Shown piece by piece: positions 41,501-47,017 of a stretch of 47,017 nt of DNA. The notes below the pieces were generated by a model. That model did not search any database and was not told the DNA's origin. It saw nothing but the letters and a program-made list of their open reading frames with translations. A program made the translations under genes and the position numbers. The number at the start of each line of letters is the position of its first letter. Within the stretch, counting starts at the first letter, position 1. The stretch covers positions 1 through 47,017 of the forward strand of contig CAVRBU010000007.1 in assembly GCA_963719315.1 (NCBI GenBank). The letters run 5' to 3'. The DNA comes from an uncultured Planctomycetota bacterium (GTDB taxonomy: Bacteria > Planctomycetota > Planctomycetia > Pirellulales > Lacipirellulaceae).

Positions 41501-42840
41501 CGCATGACCTCCTCGCGGGGCTGCATCGGAATCGGACACTCGCCAGTTCCCTCCAGTACGGCGGGCTTCCCTGTGAATCGCTGGTACCGATCCACAATTA
41601 GATCGGCGTACAGCGGATCGAGCTCCATCAGGTACGCCCTTCGTCCCGTCTGTTCGGCAGCAATCAAGGTTGAGCCCGAGCCACCAAACAGATCGAGCAC
41701 GTTCTCACCGAACACGGATGAATACTGAAGCGCACGAACAGCGAGCTCGACCGGTTTCTGAGTTAAGTGCTGCATTTGTTGGGGATTCACCTTTTTCACG
41801 TGCCACAGGTCCGTCGCATTGTTCGGTCCATAGAACCGATGCGCAGCGCCTTCCTTCCACCCGTAAAACGCGATTTCAAACGCGCCCATGAAGTCTTTGC
41901 GCGTGAGCACCGGATGCAGCTTGTCCCACACAATGCCCTGCGAGAAATACAGGCCGTGCTTTTTTAGAAAGGGAGGATAGTTACCCAAATTGGCGTAGCC
42001 GCCGAAAATGTAAAAGCCGCGTCCGGGTTCCAGCACGCTCGCCATATTGCCGAACCAGGCGTCGAGTAGATCGTCGAACGCCGCATCCGAAACAAAGTCA
42101 TTCGCGAGCGGCCGGTCCTTGGCGCGGAGTTTCTTCTGCGTGGGCTTCGACTTCTCGGGGTGACGAGCCAGATCGAGTCCTTGGTGGTGCGTCGTTCCTT
42201 GGAACGACGAGAGGCCGGCCGCGATGGCGTTATTGGAGCGCGGCTCAACCTTCACGCCGTACGGCGGATCGGTGTTGATCAACTGAATCTTTGTGCCATC
42301 CAGAAGTCGATCTACGTCTTCTGCCTTCGACGAGTCGCCGCACAGAAGTCGGTGGTCGCCCAAGACCCACAAGTCGCCGGGCTGCGTGACGGCCTCATCG
42401 GGTGGCGCCGGGATATCGTCCGGATCGGTAAGGCCTTCCTTTGGTTCGTTACCCAGGAGTTTGGCGAGTTCATCGGCGTCGAAGCCCAGGAGGCCCAAGT
42501 CGAATTCCGCGTTTTGTAATTCGGCCAGTTCCAGGGGCAGCAGGTCGAAGTTCCACGCTGATAGGCTGGCGGTCTGGTTGTCGGCAATGCGGTAGGCTCG
42601 GACCTGCTCGGGCGTGAGGCCGGCCGCCACGTGGACGGGCACCTCGTCGAGGCCCAGCTTATTGGCCGCCTTCCAACGGGTGTGGCCGACGATGATGACG
42701 CCTTCTTCGTCCACGACAATGGGCTGCCGGAATCCGAACTCGCGGAGGCTGTTGGCGAGCGCGTCCACGCCGTCGTCGTTCAACCGCGGGTTGTTTTCGT
42801 AGGGCCGGATGTCGGCCAGTTTGCGAAGTTCAATCTGCAT
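41497..42840 (-). CDS. ParB N-terminal domain plus N4/N6 DNA methyltransferase
   Basis: PYENNPR, FGFRQPIVVD, GHTR, IADN; TDPPY; HLTQKP; VLDLFGGSGST. Confidence 0.93.
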   Translation of the reverse strand: MQIELRKLADIRPYENNPRLNDDGVDALANSLREFGFRQPIVVDEEGVIIVGHTRWKAANKLGLDEVPVHVAAGLTPEQVRAYRIADNQTASLSAWNFDLLPLELAELQNAEFDLGLLGFDADELAKLLGNEPKEGLTDPDDIPAPPDEAVTQPGDLWVLGDHRLLCGDSSKAEDVDRLLDGTKIQLINTDPPYGVKVEPRSNNAIAAGLSSFQGTTHHQGLDLARHPEKSKPTQKKLRAKDRPLANDFVSDAAFDDLLDAWFGNMASVLEPGRGFYIFGGYANLGNYPPFLKKHGLYFSQGIVWDKLHPVLTRKDFMGAFEIAFYGWKEGAAHRFYGPNNATDLWHVKKVNPQQMQHLTQKPVELAVRALQYSSVFGENVLDLFGGSGSTLIAAEQTGRRAYLMELDPLYADLIVDRYQRFTGKPAVLEGTGECPIPMQPREEVMR

Positions 42841-42888
42841 CGAAGGCACTCCCTCTTCCGGACAAACGACGGCGCCCGAGATCGAGCG

Positions 42889-43000
42889 CAAACCGTTTGA
42901 AAGTCAAGACTTACGAAGTTCGGACAACGAAAACAAACTCTGCTTACAACGGCGGCATTTCCCCCCGGGATCAATCGAACCAGATCGCAGGGAAGGAACC
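42889..43000 (-). other. Putative cos-like packaging site
   Basis: Minus strand GGTTCCTTCCC (compare lambda cosQ GGGTCCT), a G-rich block ~27 nt downstream, then an IHF-like TAA-N4-TGA..CAA-N4-TT element. Lies upstream of the methylase/terminase operon. Confidence 0.45.
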
Positions 43001-43026
43001 ATGAAAAATCCTGTGGCCCACGGCGG

Positions 43027-43875
43027 TTACTCCACGTCGCTCGCGATCATCGCCAATGTCTCACGTTCGGCTTCTTCCACGGCGAGCGTGCGCTGAAGCT
43101 GCATGTCGTCGATGTGCTGCGTAATGCACTCTTCACAGATTGCGCGAAGTTGATCCGGCGCGATGGCATCGACTTCGACGCTCTCGCCTTCAAAGGACTT
43201 GGAGCGGCTATCGGTCTTCTTGGTGGGACGTGTCTGCAGGTGATACGTGTCGATCTGTTCAAGTAGCACGGCTACGCGCTCAAACGTGAGATCGCAGTCG
43301 GGTGCGTACGCACGCAGCTCTTGTTCGATGAAGCGGTCGATGTCGAGTCCGCTGGGATCGCGGTCACCAAAGTAGTAGACGAATACCTTGCGGGTCTCGT
43401 CGGCGATCGATTCAGCTGCTGAATGGAGGAACGAGACGCTCGGGTAGCCTCTCGTCACCATTAGCGGTACATCCCACTTAGCGGTGACATCAATGAGGAC
43501 GCCGGCGAGCGCTTCTTTTTCGAGCCACACTTCGACGTAGGTGTCCTGGTCGTTCCAGAGTGCGCGGCGGTAGGTGTGCTGGCAGTTGTCGAGCATCGCC
43601 TGGAGCGAGCCGTACGTGCTGGGCTTCCGCTGCCAACGGGTGTTGTCGGCGATCCAGTCGAATGGGAGCTGGCCGTCGCGACGCATCTGCACCAGGAGGC
43701 GGCAGACGGTGGTTTTGTATTCACCCTCCGTCTTGTCGATGACGCGCCGGGTGACGAGCTGGTAGAAGACCTGCCGCACCGTCATCGGCTGGTACTCCTC
43801 GACGATCTCGTAGATCGAGTCGCGGATCGCCTGGATGGCGGCTTTGGTGCGGCGGGATTTTGTGGGGCTAGTCAT
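43027..43875 (-). CDS. Topoisomerase VI subunit A/Spo11-like TOPRIM protein
   Basis: MTVRQVFYQLV, EVWLEKEAL, TRGYPS, YFGDRDPSGLDI, EVDAI. Confidence 0.7.
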   Translation of the reverse strand: MTSPTKSRRTKAAIQAIRDSIYEIVEEYQPMTVRQVFYQLVTRRVIDKTEGEYKTTVCRLLVQMRRDGQLPFDWIADNTRWQRKPSTYGSLQAMLDNCQHTYRRALWNDQDTYVEVWLEKEALAGVLIDVTAKWDVPLMVTRGYPSVSFLHSAAESIADETRKVFVYYFGDRDPSGLDIDRFIEQELRAYAPDCDLTFERVAVLLEQIDTYHLQTRPTKKTDSRSKSFEGESVEVDAIAPDQLRAICEECITQHIDDMQLQRTLAVEEAERETLAMIASDVE

Positions 43876-43904
43876 ATTAATGGTGCGGATGCGAGTGGTT
43901 CCCT

Positions 43905-45833
43905 CTAGAACGGCGTGTCGGGGAGTGAATCAGAACGGACCGGAAAATTTGCGTCTGCATCGACCGTTGCGTCGGCAGACTCAAAATCCTCGTGAAATAC
44001 AGCGTCGTTGGCAGTCGCAGGCGAAAAGCCATTTGCGACCGCAGGAAGATTTGCGACTGCGTTTGCGACCGCATCAATTGCATCAGATTCCCGTCTTTCC
44101 GAGTGTGCGGTCGGAGCGGTCGCAACCGACGCAAAATTCCCCTCCTCTTCTTGTTGGTGCCACAACTCAATCAGTTTCCTGCTCCTCCGGCCTTGGCGTC
44201 TGAACTCGACGCCCACGCCAGCCGTGCGAAGATTCGGCGCCAGCCGTTTCATGGTGCCCGAAAGCGACCTAGCAGCCTTGGGCCAGCCGTCGAGGCGCTT
44301 GGTCTTGTCATCCACTCGGCTCTCAAGCTGTTCGAGCAGTTCGGTGGACGTCCCCTCCCACCGGCCAACCTCGGCCACGAACTCGATCACGGCCCTCCCC
44401 ACCGGAGATGATTCCAGAGCCACTTCATTGCCCGCATTGCGGTTGGCCTGATAAGCGGCCATGAACTGGCCACGTTCCAGGCCCAAGCCTGGTTCTGCTG
44501 CCGTGGCCCACAGGGCGAAGTCGGCCATCCGTGGCAAGATGGATAACTTGGTGTTCGGCAGTTCACGAATAGCCACTGACACGGCCGTCAGCAGCGCGCC
44601 CAAAATACGGGGACTCGCCTCGTCAAAGGCCTGCCACAGCTCGGCTTCTGGTCTGCGCTGGTCTTGTTCTATGCGAGGAACGTTTAAGAGCAGGCAGCGG
44701 TCCAACAGATCGGCCCGCGTGGCCACATCATCGATGCCGTTAATGATGGCCGGTCTCGTGGCATCGAAGATGGTCTCCTCGTCATTCTCATACAACGTGC
44801 GAGTCGAGAATCCGCCACCCGTGGACAGTCGGCATAGACAATCACTCTGCCAGGCCTGAATGCCAGACAAGTTATCGAGCGCGATCACCCAACCGTTGTT
44901 GGCCGCGATCATGAGGTCCCTGGGTTCCCGCGGCTCACTCCGCAGGGGCGCGGTGTTTGGGTCCACCAGGGCACGTGCCATCCGGCAGGCGGTAGACTTG
45001 CCGCTGCCATGTTCGCCTTGCAGGTCGAGCAGCGGATAAGGCCCGATGGGTCGCAGTGCCGCCACCAGCCAACCCAGAAAGAGCACCCAGTCTGAATCCT
45101 CCATGTGGACGAACTTGCGGAGCTCATTCACCGATCCGCCGGCGACGGGCGTTGGCAGCGGCAGCATCGCCTTCGCACGACGGAACATGACGGGTGAATC
45201 CGCCAGGATGCGCCAGCCCGAGGGAGTGACCTCGACGACTTGCCAATCCTCGTTGCCCAGGTCGATGTAGATCTTGTTCGCATCGCCGGCCACGCGGACA
45301 TGTACCGTTCGCTTCTGCCCCTCGAACACAGCCTTGCCTTCGAGCACTCCGATCGCATCCTGCAGGGCCTGCGACGAGGGCGCTTTGCCCTCCGTCAAAT
45401 AATGGAGTCGAGAGAGCCACGTCCGGAATCGCTTATTGCGCACGCCGGCTACTTCAAAGTGCTCGTCCACCGGAAAGCGTGCGAACCCATTGCCTTCCGG
45501 GTCGTGGAACAGCTCAATGTTGCCGGCCAGTTCCACCAGCCGAGTGGCCTGGCTCTTTCGCTCCTCGCGGTTGCCGCCCGTTTCCGCCTCGGCCTCAGCC
45601 CGTGCATCCGCTTCGTCAGTGGCCGACACGATGTCGTCGTCGAGAAAGTCGAGTGCCTCCACGTCCACGCCGAACTTGGAGGCCGCGGCACGAATAAAGT
45701 TCTTGCGGGAGCGGGCCGAGTCCGGATTGATATGATCGCGGAACGCGGCGCCGTCCTTGCGGTCCAGGGTCACCAGCCGCTGGGGACGGCCGTTCATGGC
45801 GGCCACGGCGACGCGATAGTCTTCTCGACTCAT
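43905..45833 (-). CDS. P-loop ATPase/helicase, primase-associated
   Basis: GEHGSGKST, IALDN, LSTGGGFSTRTLY, DLLDR, PRMADF; C-terminal winged-helix-like region. Confidence 0.8.
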   Translation of the reverse strand: MSREDYRVAVAAMNGRPQRLVTLDRKDGAAFRDHINPDSARSRKNFIRAAASKFGVDVEALDFLDDDIVSATDEADARAEAEAETGGNREERKSQATRLVELAGNIELFHDPEGNGFARFPVDEHFEVAGVRNKRFRTWLSRLHYLTEGKAPSSQALQDAIGVLEGKAVFEGQKRTVHVRVAGDANKIYIDLGNEDWQVVEVTPSGWRILADSPVMFRRAKAMLPLPTPVAGGSVNELRKFVHMEDSDWVLFLGWLVAALRPIGPYPLLDLQGEHGSGKSTACRMARALVDPNTAPLRSEPREPRDLMIAANNGWVIALDNLSGIQAWQSDCLCRLSTGGGFSTRTLYENDEETIFDATRPAIINGIDDVATRADLLDRCLLLNVPRIEQDQRRPEAELWQAFDEASPRILGALLTAVSVAIRELPNTKLSILPRMADFALWATAAEPGLGLERGQFMAAYQANRNAGNEVALESSPVGRAVIEFVAEVGRWEGTSTELLEQLESRVDDKTKRLDGWPKAARSLSGTMKRLAPNLRTAGVGVEFRRQGRRSRKLIELWHQQEEEGNFASVATAPTAHSERRESDAIDAVANAVANLPAVANGFSPATANDAVFHEDFESADATVDADANFPVRSDSLPDTPF

Positions 45834-46789
45834 GCGTGCGCCCTCCGTTGCAACTTCCGCCGGTGCTCAATCGCATGGCGGTTGGCGCGCTCGATGGCTG
45901 TCGATGCGTGCTTCTGCCCAGACCGCGGTTGACCCATCAGCAGATAGCCGCGCCAACCCGTCTGCTTCAGAGCATCATCCACCTTGTGTTCCAGTTCCCG
46001 GTCAGACCAAGGTGGCTGGCACGAATGGTTCCAGTCGGTGAGAAGCGCAAGGGCTTGTTCTCGTTCCAGGCCGAATCCAAGTACAAGACAACAGGCCGCG
46101 TGGAACGTGGCGTCGTGACCACCTTGGCCACTGATGGCCGGCGGGAGTTTGGCGAGATAGCAACGGGCGCGTTCGACCACGCGAGACGGCGCCGTAGGGC
46201 ACGAAGTCGTAGGTCGGCCGGGCACAGGAGGCCGCGATATGTTCAGCCGCTTACAAACGTCCTGATAGAGCTGCTGCAACGTGGCTTCCAATTCGAGTGG
46301 ATCGACGACGGCCAGTTCACCATCGGTGTCCCATTGGATTTGTTCGCCGCTCGGGTGAATCGATGAAGGAAAAATAGTTTGGCCACCGGTGGAGCGCAAC
46401 TCGACGACCATTTTCTTGTCGGCCAAGCGCCATTGGCGGGTGGCAACGGGGCTCGCTGCGTAGTAGAGCCAGTGGGAGCGGCGCTTACTGGCACGGCCAA
46501 AGATGGCGCCGGTCGATGGCAGCAACGACGCTGCCAACTCGACGGCCAACTTGTGGTCGAGATCGATGTCGATCAACCATCGCGATGGCTGGCCCAGGAG
46601 AACACCTACGTTCATTCGGGCGCGGCCGAAGTATTGGTCCAACCGCGCCTCGCCGATGCGGAGAGTTTGCCAGCCGTCGATCACGGGCGCTTTGGACTGG
46701 TGCGGAACTGGAACCACTCGCCATCCGCGACGAAGGTAGCTGGCCGCAATTGAGCGTGCCGCGATTGAACGAGACGAATCCATCTGCAA
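45830..46789 (-). CDS. Bifunctional DNA primase/polymerase (Prim-Pol) with PriCT-like domain
   Basis: GWRVVPV, KAP, NVGV, DIDLD, SHWLY, ELR, PSSIHPSG; CQPPWSDRELEHK. Confidence 0.88.
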   Translation of the reverse strand: MQMDSSRSIAARSIAASYLRRGWRVVPVPHQSKAPVIDGWQTLRIGEARLDQYFGRARMNVGVLLGQPSRWLIDIDLDHKLAVELAASLLPSTGAIFGRASKRRSHWLYYAASPVATRQWRLADKKMVVELRSTGGQTIFPSSIHPSGEQIQWDTDGELAVVDPLELEATLQQLYQDVCKRLNISRPPVPGRPTTSCPTAPSRVVERARCYLAKLPPAISGQGGHDATFHAACCLVLGFGLEREQALALLTDWNHSCQPPWSDRELEHKVDDALKQTGWRGYLLMGQPRSGQKHASTAIERANRHAIEHRRKLQRRAHA

Positions 46790-47017
46790 ACCCTTCGATT
46801 ATGCAGCCGTTGTCGTAACGGCCATGTCAAACTGGGCGAGGCATTCAATTCGGAAGTGGTCGCGACTGAACTCGCGATTGATAAATCCCACGAACAGCTG
46901 ATTGAGATCGCGCCCTACTTCGCCCGTCGCGTCGATCGCGCACGTGCGTGAAACCGAATCAAATGCGTGTCGCGCTTCGAGACACACGCGTGATTCGCCG
47001 TGCAGGCTTTCGACGCT

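Larger units (their letters stand above)
36635..47017 (-). mobile_element. Phage-derived replication/packaging module (prophage remnant or satellite), continuing beyond the window
   Basis: Prim-pol, ATPase, methylase, HNH and terminase in phage-like order; no portal, capsid or tail genes after the terminase. Confidence 0.8.

Noticed and set aside
46799..47017. Short ORF at the right edge
   Set aside because: Too little context to assign strand or product.

Overview
GC-rich accessory region, most likely from a planctomycete (Pirellulales/Lacipirellulaceae-like). Support: PEP-CTERM proteins carrying GDYNxxGxVDAADYxxWR dockerin-like modules, a DUF1559 prepilin-type protein, and a TIGR02999-type ECF sigma factor paired with a Ser/Thr kinase. 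From left to right: three PEP-CTERM genes and a GH39 hydrolase; a ~710-bp diverged copy of a phage terminase 3' end; a 130-bp att-like site and a degenerate tRNA-Met 3' half; an ECF/kinase pair and a PEP-CTERM cluster sharing a TGAGAC-N16-YGCAT promoter, hit by IS1182-like and IS21 elements; a second copy of the 130-bp site and an IS481-like element; a GntR-associated sialidase-like/SSS/DUF1559 glycan cluster; and a phage-derived module (prim-pol, ATPase, Top6A-like protein, cos-like site, ParB-methylase, HNH, terminase) with no portal or capsid genes after the terminase. Top candidates for new biology: (1) apparent PEP-CTERM polyproteins, in which an internal PEP-CTERM anchor is followed in frame by a second cleavable signal peptide (seen twice); (2) a capsid-less, terminase-ended cargo element seen in two diverged copies; (3) a conserved 130-bp site that sits at two independent gene-truncation junctions. 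Many single-base frameshifts are probably long-read errors. All calls come from reading motifs by eye; no searches were run.
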